A stretch of DNA of 64,000 nt from Candidatus Latescibacterota bacterium. Its GTDB lineage: Bacteria > Latescibacterota > UBA2968 > UBA8231. The notes under the pieces were generated by a model that was not told the origin of the DNA, made no database searches, and saw nothing but the letters and a program-made list of their open reading frames with translations. Both the position numbers and the translations under genes were made by a program. The stretch lies in assembly GCA_965261395.1 (NCBI GenBank), contig OZ253462.1:288001-352000 (forward strand), read 5' to 3'. Below are positions 39,144-49,326 of this stretch, piece after piece (position 1 is the first letter of the stretch; each line of letters begins with the position of its first letter).

Positions 39144-40021
39144 ACATCGTCGACGCCCATATCCACGTCTGGTCCTCTGACTTCGACCAGTATCCGCTGG
39201 CCCCCGGCTTTACGCCCGCCGACCTGTGGCTGCCCTCTTTTACACCCGTCGATCACTTTGCGTATAGCCGCAAGGCCGGCAAGGTCCGCCTCAACCTAGT
39301 GCAGATGACCTGGTACGGCCTCGACCACCGCTACATCCTCGATCTGATCGCCTCGGATCCTGAGACTTATACGGGCACCGGCATCGTCCCCGGCGTCTCC
39401 GACGTGTCGCTGGCCGATCCGGGCAAGACCATGCTCGCCTTGGCCGAGGGGGGCATTCGCGCCTTCCGCGTGCGCGGCGGCAGCACGGGGCGTCCGACCG
39501 CCTTTGGCCGCCTGGATCGCTGGCTCGACTATCCGGGCTACGAATCGATGTTCCGCACCGGGGCCGAGCACAATCTGGCCCTTAGCTTCCTCATGGGACT
39601 CACAGACCTGCCCGGCCTGATCCGCCTCTGCCGCCGCTTTCCCGCAACCCCCGTGATCCTCGACCATCTCTGCGGGGTGCGCATCCGCGACGGCGTCTGG
39701 CCCGAAGGCGATATCCGCACGCTCTGCAACATGGCCCGCTACCCGCGCGTCATGGTCAAGCTCGGTCCGTTCCAAGCCCTCGGCGATGGCGAGGCTCCTT
39801 ACCTCGACCTCCTGCCCCTCATCGAGCGCGTCGTCGATGCCTTTGGGCCCGAGCGCGTCATGTGGGAAAGCGACAGCGGCGGTCCTGTCCGCATGAAAAA
39901 TCCCGCCAATGACTTTGCCGCGGCGATCGCCCTGATCCGCGACCACGCCGACTTCCTCAGCCCGAGCGACAAGGAGCAGATCCTAGTCAAAACAGCCGAG
40001 AATTTCTTCTTCAATCGCTAG
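39140..40021 (+). CDS. Amidohydrolase family protein
   Basis: IVDAHIHVW, VILDH, FGPERVMWESD; GTG start at 39140. Confidence 0.88.
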   Translation: MNIVDAHIHVWSSDFDQYPLAPGFTPADLWLPSFTPVDHFAYSRKAGKVRLNLVQMTWYGLDHRYILDLIASDPETYTGTGIVPGVSDVSLADPGKTMLALAEGGIRAFRVRGGSTGRPTAFGRLDRWLDYPGYESMFRTGAEHNLALSFLMGLTDLPGLIRLCRRFPATPVILDHLCGVRIRDGVWPEGDIRTLCNMARYPRVMVKLGPFQALGDGEAPYLDLLPLIERVVDAFGPERVMWESDSGGPVRMKNPANDFAAAIALIRDHADFLSPSDKEQILVKTAENFFFNR

Positions 40022-40052
40022 GAATAAACAATCACCAAAACATAGGACCGCC

Positions 40053-40871
40053 ATGGAACTCACCGACGCCCATCTCGACGAATTAGAACAACGAGGTTTT
40101 ATCATCCTGCCCGGCTTCCGCCACGGCGAGGAGCTAAAAGCAATGCAGCAAGCCCAGCGCCGCATCCTGCCATCGTGGGATGAAGTAAAGGACGACCCGC
40201 CCGCCGGCCGCGCCACCCTCACCGAATTCCCGCCCCCCGAAATGGCGCTGCTGCGCGGCATCGTCCACCACCAAGCCTGGGCCTTCGCCAAGAAGTGGTT
40301 TGGCAGCGAGCATATCCACTTCCGCTCCGGTTGCATGATCGCCCGCTATCCAGGTTTCAAAGGCGGCGGTACCGGCTCGGACGCCTCCGCGCTGCATTTC
40401 GACAATGGCAACAACTCGCTGCTGCCGCCCTCCGACTCAGCCCGCGCCTTCGGCCAGCTCGTTTTCTGGCACCACCTCGAAGCAGTCGGTGAGGACCAGG
40501 CACCGCTGCGATTGATCCCCAAAGAACATGGCCGCGATATGAGCAAAGCCGAGCCGCTCGTCTGCGAAGCCGGCACCCTCTGCGTCTTCACCAATTACAC
40601 CATGCACTCCGCCAGCGACTATCTGTGCACCGACGGCCAGCGCTACACCTGGGGTTTCGGCCTCGGCCGCGCCGACCACTGCTGGGAGGGTTTCCGCCAT
40701 TACACCGACAAGGGCAAAAACCCGATCTTCAGCGAATTCATCGGCACCCTCACCGCCGCCGAAAGGGAAGTCTTCCGCTTCCCGCCCGCCGGCCACGCTT
40801 ATTACACACCGCAAACCCTCGCCGCCCTCGAAGAGCAGTACCCCGGCTGGAACGCCCGCAATGAGTACTGA
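40053..40871 (+). CDS. PhyH family dioxygenase
   Basis: RGFIILP, LHFD, TMHSA. Confidence 0.8.
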   Translation: MELTDAHLDELEQRGFIILPGFRHGEELKAMQQAQRRILPSWDEVKDDPPAGRATLTEFPPPEMALLRGIVHHQAWAFAKKWFGSEHIHFRSGCMIARYPGFKGGGTGSDASALHFDNGNNSLLPPSDSARAFGQLVFWHHLEAVGEDQAPLRLIPKEHGRDMSKAEPLVCEAGTLCVFTNYTMHSASDYLCTDGQRYTWGFGLGRADHCWEGFRHYTDKGKNPIFSEFIGTLTAAEREVFRFPPAGHAYYTPQTLAALEEQYPGWNARNEY

Positions 40872-40973
40872 CTCGGTGGAGGGTCTGCCTGCGGGCCTAC
40901 CTTGATCCACCTCTCCCCATTCCGTACACTCCCCCAACTAGCCCACCCCACCGTCCCCAAAGGAGTCCCAACC

Positions 40974-41780
40974 GTGAAAATCGGCCTCTACGCCTCCATG
41001 TTCGGCAAAGACGATCCCCCGACTCTGCAAAGCATCGAAAGCTATATCGACCACGCCTATGACCTCCGTCTCGATTTGATCGACTTCCGCAGCAACCGCG
41101 GCTTCAGCTCTTCAGAGCCGGACTACCTCATCAAAACCAAACTCGCCTGCATCGAAAAGGGCCTTGCCATCGGCTACTTGGCTTCCGGTGGGCACTTTGT
41201 CGGCAGCGACGAGGAGTTGCGCGGCAAGGTCGCCACCGCCAAGGCCGACATGGACATCGCGCTGATACTAGGCGCGCCCATGATCCGCCTGTTCTGCGGC
41301 CAGCCCCTCATCGACCCGGAGGAACGCGCACGCGAAATCCGCTGCTTTCAGGAGGTCGCCGACTACGGCCTCGAAATAGGCATCGCCATGGGCTTGCAAA
41401 ACCACCCCTCCACCGGCGACGACGTCATACGCATCATCGAGGAAACCGACCGGCCCAACTTTAGCTTCCTGCTCGACACCGGCCAGTGGTGCGGCTCGCC
41501 GGGCCGCAACCGAGGCATTCCCGACCCGGACCACGACATCTACGCCTACATGCAGCAGACCGCCCATCTAGCCACCCACGTCCGCGCCAAATTCTATAAG
41601 ATCGACAGCGGCAAAGAGGAGTGGATCGACTACGAGCGCATCGTCCCCATCCTCGCCGAGGCTGGGTACAACGGGCCGCTCTCCGTCGTCTTTGAAGGCC
41701 AAGACATCAACGATTGCGACGACAAGGAAGTCATGCGCTTGGCGGCCGCACAACTGCGGGATTTGGTCTCCCGGCTCTAA
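40974..41780 (+). CDS. Sugar phosphate isomerase/epimerase (xylose-isomerase-like TIM barrel)
   Basis: GAPMIRLF, LQNH, LDTG, GYNGPLSVVFEG. Confidence 0.82.
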   Translation: MKIGLYASMFGKDDPPTLQSIESYIDHAYDLRLDLIDFRSNRGFSSSEPDYLIKTKLACIEKGLAIGYLASGGHFVGSDEELRGKVATAKADMDIALILGAPMIRLFCGQPLIDPEERAREIRCFQEVADYGLEIGIAMGLQNHPSTGDDVIRIIEETDRPNFSFLLDTGQWCGSPGRNRGIPDPDHDIYAYMQQTAHLATHVRAKFYKIDSGKEEWIDYERIVPILAEAGYNGPLSVVFEGQDINDCDDKEVMRLAAAQLRDLVSRL

Positions 41781-41811
41781 CGCCAACCCCTTGCCGAATA
41801 GAGACTAGGCC

Positions 41812-43026
41812 ATGCGTGTCAACCGGGATCAATTTCTAGAAGAAGGCTATGTAATCCTGCGCCACGTCATCCCGCCAGAGATGCTGGATGCAGTGCGTAC
41901 GGCCTGCGAAAAAATGGTCGATCGTCAGCGGGCAATCTGGGCGAGCGAGCAAGCACCAGACGCCCCGGCCGGCGGCGTCTGGGAAACGGCTGCCCAACCT
42001 CGGCTGCACCTACAAACCACGGGGGACCAAGTCGATGCGGAGACCGCCCTAGCGGTGGAAATCTGGCTGCACGAAAACTTGCAGGGAGTTAGCAGCGAGT
42101 TGCTGGGATTAGAGGACGCCGCGGTCACCGAGATGATGATGATGTGCAGCCCGGTGCGCGACCACGGCCCGGCTAAGTGGCACCGCGACTTCTATCCGCC
42201 CTATTGCGCCCCGCTCCAGAGCTACGCCGACGACATCCTCGAAAACGGCCCGCGCTATGTGCAGTGGAATATCCCGCTTTACGACGATAACGTACTGTGG
42301 GTCGTGCCCAAAAGCCACATTCGTCGCAACACCGAAGAAGAAAATCGCCAAATCGCCAAAGACGCTCGCGCCCCACTTCCTAGCGGAGTCCAAACCCACC
42401 TCAACGCCGGCGACGGCGTGGCCTACATCCTGCCGATCCTACACTGGGGCAGCAACTACAGCACCAAGCTGCGCCGCACCATCCACGGCGGCTTTTCCGA
42501 CTTCAGCCACTACCCGGACCTTAGCTACCTCAAACACCTCTCGGCGACAGCTCAAAACACCTTCACCCGCTGGGACCAACGCAGCCAAAAGAAATTGGAC
42601 CAAACCGAGGCCGCGCTCCGTGCGGCTTTGCAAAAGGACGGCGCGGCCTACCGCGCCGCGCTCGACGCCCTGCATCCAGGCCGCGGCCCCAAGGGCCGGT
42701 TGCACTCGACGCTGTTTTTGAGCAAGGCCGCACGCCGCATCCACCACCTCAAACGCCCCGACTTCGCCGCGCTCCCTCCCCACGACCAACGCTACGCCAC
42801 CAGTATGCACCCGATGACCTTGCAATGGGGCCAACCTATCGCCGACCGCTTTTCAACAGCGGAAGCCGCCGCGCTGTGGACACGCTTCGAGTCCGTGGAC
42901 GACGCTCTCCAAGCCCCAGAGCCGCAAAGGGCTCCTGGTTTCCAAGGTGAGGATACCCATTACTACTTCAACGAAGTACCCGCCGACCTCAGCGTCGAAC
43001 GCTTTGTCGCCGGTTGGGGTGCTTAA
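41812..43026 (+). CDS. PhyH family dioxygenase with C-terminal extension
   Basis: FLEEGYVIL, WHRD, VVPKSH, ILHWG. Confidence 0.8.
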   Translation: MRVNRDQFLEEGYVILRHVIPPEMLDAVRTACEKMVDRQRAIWASEQAPDAPAGGVWETAAQPRLHLQTTGDQVDAETALAVEIWLHENLQGVSSELLGLEDAAVTEMMMMCSPVRDHGPAKWHRDFYPPYCAPLQSYADDILENGPRYVQWNIPLYDDNVLWVVPKSHIRRNTEEENRQIAKDARAPLPSGVQTHLNAGDGVAYILPILHWGSNYSTKLRRTIHGGFSDFSHYPDLSYLKHLSATAQNTFTRWDQRSQKKLDQTEAALRAALQKDGAAYRAALDALHPGRGPKGRLHSTLFLSKAARRIHHLKRPDFAALPPHDQRYATSMHPMTLQWGQPIADRFSTAEAAALWTRFESVDDALQAPEPQRAPGFQGEDTHYYFNEVPADLSVERFVAGWGA

Positions 43027-43049
43027 GTTCAGTTTGGGTGTCTCGCCGA

Positions 43050-43451
43050 CTAGCGACCGCCCCGCCCCCCACCGCCCCCACTGCGCCCGCCACCTCGGTT
43101 GCGCAATGCCTCAAAAAGGCTCATCTGTTCCTGGGTCATGATATTCCGCACGGAAGTATCGAGCATCGCTTGGATCTTGCCCATCTCCTCGCCCATCGCC
43201 GTGCGATCGCCGCCCGCGCCCATTCCTTTCATAAGTTCACTGCGCTGATCCCAGGCGTCTTGGTAGGCCAGTTGCAAGGCCCGCAAATTATCGCCCCGGA
43301 CCTTGACCGCAAAACAGATCAACGCCCAGTCCCTTTCGATCGTCAGCGAGGAACCGCCGCCACCGCCACCGCGCCTGCCGGGTTGGGCCTGGGTATAGGC
43401 GGCAAAGGATAATGCGACCAACACTAAAACTACCGCGATCTTTTTCATCAT
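43050..43451 (-). CDS. Small secreted hypothetical protein with Gly-rich termini
   Basis: MMKK signal peptide, helical core, GGAGG RBS. Confidence 0.7.
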   Translation of the reverse strand: MMKKIAVVLVLVALSFAAYTQAQPGRRGGGGGGSSLTIERDWALICFAVKVRGDNLRALQLAYQDAWDQRSELMKGMGAGGDRTAMGEEMGKIQAMLDTSVRNIMTQEQMSLFEALRNRGGGRSGGGGGRGGR

Positions 43452-43959
43452 ATCCTCCTTGGAATAGATTGACAAAAAAACTATAACCAATCGACTACAA
43501 AAAAGATACCTATCACTACTTCACCGATGTGCCCGCCGGACTCAGCGTCGAACGCTGCGTGGATTTTCTCATGGTTTAATCCTCCTATTGTTAGATTGGC
43601 GATTTAAGCGCGAAAAAGGACGACCAAATCGTCCAGCCAATGATCAGTTGTGACTTATAACACCTGAGCACGGCAAGGGTGTCACCGCTATCGTCTATCT
43701 CAATCAACTCTACGATCTCGATCTATTGCGGCAGCACTATCGGCGGGCTCGCAAGGAGCCGTCCCGCTCCTTGCCTTATGACCGGGAGCGGCCTACTTTT
43801 CTTGGGTGTCCGGCCAGACTCCTCCGCTGCGAAGCCGAGCGGGAATTGAACTTTTTTGATGCGTTCGGTCCGATTGCAAATCCGTCAAATAATATCGCCT
43901 TCTTATCTTCCTAGGCAGGGTGCGTGGCCGCAAGCTCATCTTTCACGCGGAGAAATTTT

Positions 43960-44655
43960 ATGAAGATAGCACGTCTGTTAGGGGTAGGTTGGACCTCGCT
44001 CGTCCTGCTCGCCTGCAACGGCCAGGAAGTCAAGACCAGCACCCCGGCCAAAGTGGAGACCGAAGAAGAAAAGGTCCTCTACGCCTTGGGCCTAGTCATA
44101 GCGCAAAACACCCTGGAGCCGTTCAGGGGTCAATTCAGCGACGCGGAAATGGCGGTGGTCATGCAGGGCTTTGCCGACGCCATCAAGGGCGGCGAGACCA
44201 TCGTCCCCCTGCAGGAATTCGGCCCCAAGATCAACCCCATGTTGCAGGAGCGCATGAAAGGAGTTCAAGCCCAAGCCGCGGCAGAGGGCAAGGCCTTCAG
44301 GGAAAAGGCCGCCCAAGAAGAAGGTGCCGTGCAGACGGCTTCCGGCCTCATCTTCAAAGAGCTGAGGGCCGGCACCGGAGTCTCGCCCAGAGCCACCGAC
44401 CGGGTCAAAGTGCACTACCACGGCTCGCTGATTGACGGCACTGTCTTCGACAGTTCGGTGGAGCGCGGCGAGCCTATCACCTTTGCCCTCGACCAAGTGG
44501 TCAAAGGCTGGACTGAGGGACTGCAAATGATGAAAGTGGGTGGCAAGGCCAAGCTGACCATCTCGCCCGAACTGGCCTACGGCCCGGGGGGCCGCGAAGG
44601 AATTCCGCCCAACGCCACCCTGATTTTTGAAGTCGAACTGCTGGGCATTGAGTGA
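43960..44655 (+). CDS. FKBP-type peptidyl-prolyl isomerase (FkpA-like lipoprotein)
   Basis: LLAC lipobox, YALG, VHYHGSLIDGTVFDSS, GWTEGLQMM, IPPNATLIFEVELL. Confidence 0.93.
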   Translation: MKIARLLGVGWTSLVLLACNGQEVKTSTPAKVETEEEKVLYALGLVIAQNTLEPFRGQFSDAEMAVVMQGFADAIKGGETIVPLQEFGPKINPMLQERMKGVQAQAAAEGKAFREKAAQEEGAVQTASGLIFKELRAGTGVSPRATDRVKVHYHGSLIDGTVFDSSVERGEPITFALDQVVKGWTEGLQMMKVGGKAKLTISPELAYGPGGREGIPPNATLIFEVELLGIE

Positions 44656-44704
44656 GGTAGGTCCGAAGGTGCCTGTGCGTGACGGAGCGGGTGCCCTGCC
44701 TTGC

Positions 44705-45721
44705 TCATGTCTCCCACTCCGCATAAATATCCGCAATCACCTCGTCGATCGGCGCCCGGTGCGTCTCCGCGTCGAGCACCGATGCCTGCGCCGAGGCTTC
44801 GGCGAGCAGGGTCGGCAATTTAACCTGTTCCGCGTCAAAGACGTACTCGTGCCAGCCGGCCTCCGTTTTCAGGAGTTCAGCACGGCTCAGGTCAGGTGCC
44901 TCCTCCCCACTCGTCTGCAAGCGCAACCGCCGTCTGTCCCCGAAGTGATTGCGCAGCTCGTCAAACGGTCCGTCAAAGGCGATTCGTCCTCGGTCTATCA
45001 TCACGATCCGACCAGCTAGCTGTTCCAACTCGTCCATGTCGTGGCTGGTGATCATCACCGTTACTCCCTTCTCGCTATTCAGATCCTTGATAAAGTCGAG
45101 GATATTGCGCCTGGCCAGCACATCGACGCCGATCGTCGGCTCGTCCAAGAACAGAATCTCCGGCTCGTGCATGAGCATCAGCCCAAGGTCTGCCCGCATC
45201 TTCTGGCCCAAGCTCAACTGCCGCGCCAGACTATCCATGAACTCATCGAGGCCCAGCAGTTCGCGCACAAAGTCGAGCATCCGCTCGTAGCGCTTCCGCG
45301 GAATATCCCACACGACCCGCTTCCATTCGAAACTCGCCGACACTGGCTGGTCCCACCACAGTTCGGTGCGCTGGCCAAAGACCACGCCAATGCGGCTGAC
45401 ATAGGCCACCCGGTCCCGCATCGGGTCCATTCCCAAGGCCCGCACGCTCCCCGACGTCGGTGCTAGCACGCTCGACAGCAGCTTGACCGTCGTCGACTTG
45501 CCCGCGCCATTGGGGCCAGCGTAGGCGACGATCTCGCCCCGGCGCACAATAAGATCCACATCCTGCAGAGCGCGAATCTCGCGCACCCGGGGCCGAAAGA
45601 GATTCTTGCAGACATCGCGCACATGCGCCGAGCGCTGGCGCTGGTAGAAGGTCTTGTTGACCCCCTGCAACTCAACTGCGATGTCCCCAGCGCAAGTAGC
45701 GCTGCGATCCAGTGCGTCCAT
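44705..45721 (-). CDS. ABC transporter ATP-binding protein
   Basis: GPNGAGKST, LSLGQKMR, LFLDEPT, ITSH. Confidence 0.93.
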   Translation of the reverse strand: MDALDRSATCAGDIAVELQGVNKTFYQRQRSAHVRDVCKNLFRPRVREIRALQDVDLIVRRGEIVAYAGPNGAGKSTTVKLLSSVLAPTSGSVRALGMDPMRDRVAYVSRIGVVFGQRTELWWDQPVSASFEWKRVVWDIPRKRYERMLDFVRELLGLDEFMDSLARQLSLGQKMRADLGLMLMHEPEILFLDEPTIGVDVLARRNILDFIKDLNSEKGVTVMITSHDMDELEQLAGRIVMIDRGRIAFDGPFDELRNHFGDRRRLRLQTSGEEAPDLSRAELLKTEAGWHEYVFDAEQVKLPTLLAEASAQASVLDAETHRAPIDEVIADIYAEWET

Positions 45722-46523
45722 AGTGATTCATTCCTTTCTTGATAGCTATCAGCGCCACAAGGCTCAGGACGCAGGCGAATAGCGGCGTAGTCCACAGCGA
45801 TCCGGCATCTTGGTCAACCCCAAGCAATACCCGGCAGGGATACCAAGCGACAAAACCCACCGGCAACACGCTCAACAAGCCGTTGACCAAGAGCGGATGC
45901 AGCCCATCGAGGGGAAACGACTTCAACTGCCAAGCGAAGCCGATCGCGCGGGAGCTTATTTCCTCGGCACCCACCGGCGACCAGAACGCCATCGCGCTCC
46001 ACAAATAGGAAAAGGCCAAGACCACCACACAGGAAGCCAGCAGGTGGACTCCATAGCACAGCCACCAGCCGGGTTCCAAGGCCATATCCAGCCGCCCCAA
46101 AGACCAAGCGCTGATCCCCAACCCGACGATGAATCCCCAGCAGCCGGAGAAAGGCATAAAGCCCTCGGTGAGCAGGGCCATCCACAACGGCTGCGGCTGC
46201 ACCAGTGTGTGGTCGAGCTGGCCGCGGCCAATGCGGCGGCTGACGGCCAGCACGTTGTAGCTGAAGAACATTTCGAGCAGTCCTTGCACTAGGGCGGCGT
46301 AGCCGAGCATGAAGAGAATCTGGTCCCGGCTCCACGCTCCGATACCAGCGAAGCGCTCGGCTAGGAGGAATACCGCCATCACCCCCGAGAGGCTGAGGAC
46401 TAAATCAGAGACGACGTTGATGAGGAAAAACTTGAAATCCCGGGTCATCCACATGAAGTCGAGATACGCCTGCACTCGCCAGCGCCTGACCACCTGGACT
46501 ATGGGGTTGCGGTTAGCCGCCAT
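45672..46523 (-). CDS. ABC-2 family permease (DUF990-like)
   Basis: GQLDHTLVQPQP, about 6 TM helices. Confidence 0.85.
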   Translation of the reverse strand: MAANRNPIVQVVRRWRVQAYLDFMWMTRDFKFFLINVVSDLVLSLSGVMAVFLLAERFAGIGAWSRDQILFMLGYAALVQGLLEMFFSYNVLAVSRRIGRGQLDHTLVQPQPLWMALLTEGFMPFSGCWGFIVGLGISAWSLGRLDMALEPGWWLCYGVHLLASCVVVLAFSYLWSAMAFWSPVGAEEISSRAIGFAWQLKSFPLDGLHPLLVNGLLSVLPVGFVAWYPCRVLLGVDQDAGSLWTTPLFACVLSLVALIAIKKGMNHYGRTGSQRYLRWGHRS

Positions 46524-47307
46524 GGGACACCAGCCTTTCGCGATTGTGGCGCCAGAGCGCGTGCGCACCCGCCCACAGCACTACAGCCCAAGCTACCTGC
46601 AAAGGGATGAGGTCGTGTGGATTGCCCGTGCCGGTGTAGATTCGCAGTGGTGCCGATGCCAGCGCGGCGAAGGGCAGCAACTCGAAATAGTCCCCAAGGC
46701 CCCAGGGCAAGAGCGCCAGCGGTATCAGCCGGCCCGACAACAGCACCGTCAATGTGGTGCGGATCCGTTGCAGCGCGTACACGCTGTGCTCCAAGAAGAC
46801 CATGCACGCGGCAAAGAACAGATCCAAGGCCGTGCCCACCGCCACGCCCAGCGCCAAACTGAGTAAAAACCACAGCCCGGCCGTCCATGTCGCCGGGGCG
46901 GAGTCAACTCCCAGCAGTGGCGCGATGAGCAACAGCGGCAGCGAAAATAACAGCAGGCCGGGGATCCATCCGCCGACCATTTCGGCCAGCATCTGCCCGT
47001 AGATCCCCATCGGTCGCAAGAAGCGGTTGGCTATATTTCCGCTCCACAGATCGTTGTCGATCTGGGTGCGGCCCGATAGCTGGTCGGCAAAAATTGCGGC
47101 GACCATGGTATAGGTCAGCACCGCCTCCAGGCTCATCCCCGCAACGACGCCCTGGCCCGCCATCACCGTGCGCCAAAGCGAGAGCAAGATCGCCACGTGG
47201 AATAGCCGCAGCGCAAAGTCGCCAATCAGGCCCCAAGGCGTGTCATTGAGCGACTGTGTCGCGACGATGGCGATGGTTTTCCCGTATTTGTGCAGCAGTG
47301 ATATCAT
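46513..47307 (-). CDS. ABC-2 family permease (DUF990-like)
   Basis: SGNIANRFLRP, LSGRLIPL, LPF, C-terminal HGG. Confidence 0.85.
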   Translation of the reverse strand: MISLLHKYGKTIAIVATQSLNDTPWGLIGDFALRLFHVAILLSLWRTVMAGQGVVAGMSLEAVLTYTMVAAIFADQLSGRTQIDNDLWSGNIANRFLRPMGIYGQMLAEMVGGWIPGLLLFSLPLLLIAPLLGVDSAPATWTAGLWFLLSLALGVAVGTALDLFFAACMVFLEHSVYALQRIRTTLTVLLSGRLIPLALLPWGLGDYFELLPFAALASAPLRIYTGTGNPHDLIPLQVAWAVVLWAGAHALWRHNRERLVSHGG

Positions 47308-47319
47308 CGGTTATCCCCC

Positions 47320-47392
47320 AAAAAAAAGACCGCAGACAATAAGCCCGCGGTCTCTAAAAGTCATAAAAAAGCCGGGAACGAGGCTCCCGGCT
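47320..47392 (-). terminator. Two tandem Rho-independent terminators
   Basis: Minus strand reads AGCCGGGA...TCCCGGC-T6 and then AGACCGC...GCGGTC-T8. Confidence 0.75.
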
Positions 47393-47395
47393 AAA

Positions 47396-48832
47396 TCATC
47401 TCAAACCCGTCGGCAAGGGATGGTACTTCACCTCGACTTCTACATCTGTGACTCTCAGCGAACTCACCAAATCGTCCGGCCGTCCCACCAGCGCAATTTC
47501 CAAGCGGTTCGCCCCCTGCTGCGGCCGCACCCGCTGCAAGTCGAAAACCAGCCACATGCTCTGGTACGGAGCGACCTTATAGCCGTACTCGCGCCGGCAT
47601 ATCTCTTCTTGCAGCGACTGGCCGTTGAGCGCGATCTCCAAGCGGTCGTCCGAGACCAGATCGACGATCTTGATCCGCAAGAGCACCTGACTAACGCGGC
47701 CTTCTTGCACATCGTCGGCCAAGTAAAAGGGAATGGTATGCTGCGCTCGGTCGTCAACTGCGATCTCTACCGGCAGCGCCACCGGGTACTGATTTTCCTC
47801 ATCCACGGACCGCCGCGCCAGCACGTAGTGCTTGTCCTTCTCCTTCATCAGGTCTCGGTCGCCCAACTCGCTCAGCGCGCTGCGTTCCCGGTCTTCTAAG
47901 GGCCAGCGCATAAACCACGCGTACAGCCCGTCGCAGCCCCGGTCCAACAGGCTCGTCGCCGCCGCCCGAAGGTGGGCAGGAGCGGGCCAAACCCGCTCGG
48001 CCCCAACCGATTCATCGGATACGTAGGGCTGCAAGGACCCATACACCGCCGCGTCGGCCGCGTGCGCTGCCTCGACCAGCCAATCTATCGGCATGTCCCC
48101 GTCGAGGATCATATAGCCGTAGCGCATCGGCACCAAGAAATCCACCAACCCGCGCTCTAGCCAAGCCCGCACATCCAAGCCCTGCGCCCGGTTCATCTCC
48201 TCGGTGGGCAAAACCCGCGCTCCGACCACGCCCGACCGCTGCCCGCGCACCCGCTCGGCGATCTGCTCCACGTAGTCTGTCAAAATGGGCGTCACCGCCT
48301 CCACATCCTCCGCCCGCAGGATGCGCGGTGCCCCGCCCGGCAGGGCAAAGTCCAGCTCGATGCCATCGGTTTCGTATTCGGTCGCCAGCTCCTCGACGAC
48401 TTGCAATATGTGCGCTCGCACCTCCGCGTGCGCCAGCCCGCCACCGCCGTCGGCCAGCTTGTGGGCCGGATCCATATTCCCGTAAGCGACCATCCGCAAG
48501 CTAGCCCAGAAGTCCATGTTGTGGTCGTGTGCCCGGTCGATGAGCACCGTCAGCGGGTCGAGGCCGCGTTCGATCAGACTCTGCATGTTGTGCCAAGTGC
48601 GCCAATAGGCCGCCTGCTCAAAGGGCTGAATATCCGCTCCGAACATCATCCCCACTCGCGATGGATAAAAAAGCCCGTCGCCGCGCTCGACCCCGTAGGC
48701 AAAAGTATCCACCCCTGTGCCTGAGACTTCGTCTATGGGCACCCAAGCGTCTTCGAGCGCCATCGGCGGCTCAAAGGCAAAAAGGTAGTAGTGCCGAGCA
48801 TCGTTAAAGTAGATGGTGCGCTGCTGTCGCAT
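47396..48832 (-). CDS. Glycoside hydrolase-like (GHL10/DUF187-like TIM barrel) protein
   Basis: IYFNDA, FWASLRM, DGIELDF, DGLY. Confidence 0.65.
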   Translation of the reverse strand: MRQQRTIYFNDARHYYLFAFEPPMALEDAWVPIDEVSGTGVDTFAYGVERGDGLFYPSRVGMMFGADIQPFEQAAYWRTWHNMQSLIERGLDPLTVLIDRAHDHNMDFWASLRMVAYGNMDPAHKLADGGGGLAHAEVRAHILQVVEELATEYETDGIELDFALPGGAPRILRAEDVEAVTPILTDYVEQIAERVRGQRSGVVGARVLPTEEMNRAQGLDVRAWLERGLVDFLVPMRYGYMILDGDMPIDWLVEAAHAADAAVYGSLQPYVSDESVGAERVWPAPAHLRAAATSLLDRGCDGLYAWFMRWPLEDRERSALSELGDRDLMKEKDKHYVLARRSVDEENQYPVALPVEIAVDDRAQHTIPFYLADDVQEGRVSQVLLRIKIVDLVSDDRLEIALNGQSLQEEICRREYGYKVAPYQSMWLVFDLQRVRPQQGANRLEIALVGRPDDLVSSLRVTDVEVEVKYHPLPTGLR

Positions 48833-49039
48833 GGCGTATCCTCCTCGTTCTTAAGGGAAATTATATACCTGAGTGCCCAAAAACCCTGTTCGCGGCTAAT
48901 AAGCATTAATTATCAACTATTGACAATTGTGAGGAGTAAAAAGAAAACCTTGACGATGTGAAGGGGCTGTACGTTAATGAGAATGCCCCTCGCACTTCCC
49001 CTGCGGAGGCGGATCGCCTCCGGCTTCTAACGTTCATTA

Positions 49040-49188
49040 TCATAAAGATAATTGGAGACCCGCACGCAGAGGCCTTCTACCTCGCGATCGGGGCAAGACG
49101 TGTGGGCGAAACTCCCTCTACCAGCACCCGAGGAAGGATGCTGCCGGTCTTCGTCGTCGACTTGAGGTCCAAAGCGCAAGAATCCTAG
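49040..49188 (+). pseudogene. GNAT acetyltransferase C-terminal fragment
   Basis: IIGDPHAEAFYLAIGARRVGETPS...GRMLPVF resembles a GNAT C-terminus; N-terminus is missing. Confidence 0.6.
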
Positions 49189-49210
49189 GAAGGCGGGGAA
49201 GCGCACGACC

Positions 49211-49301
49211 GGCTAACACGTTCACTTGCGCTGCGTCGTTTGCGCTCCTTGGCCTGACGGCAACCCGCTTCGCGGGTTCGCAAGTAGCGGGAACGTTATA
49301 G
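49211..49301 (+). mobile_element. Integron attC-like recombination site
   Basis: GGCTAAC ... GTTATAG ends; inner inverted repeat ACTTGCG/CGCAAGT; internal hairpin AACCCGC-TTC-GCGGGTT; sits between two short co-oriented ORFs. Confidence 0.6.
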
Positions 49302-49326
49302 GAAATGCAAGCAAACACTGGAGGAC

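Noticed and set aside
43825-43856. GTTCAATTCCC on the minus strand suggesting a tRNA T-loop
   Set aside because: No paired T-stem, acceptor stem or cloverleaf can be built.
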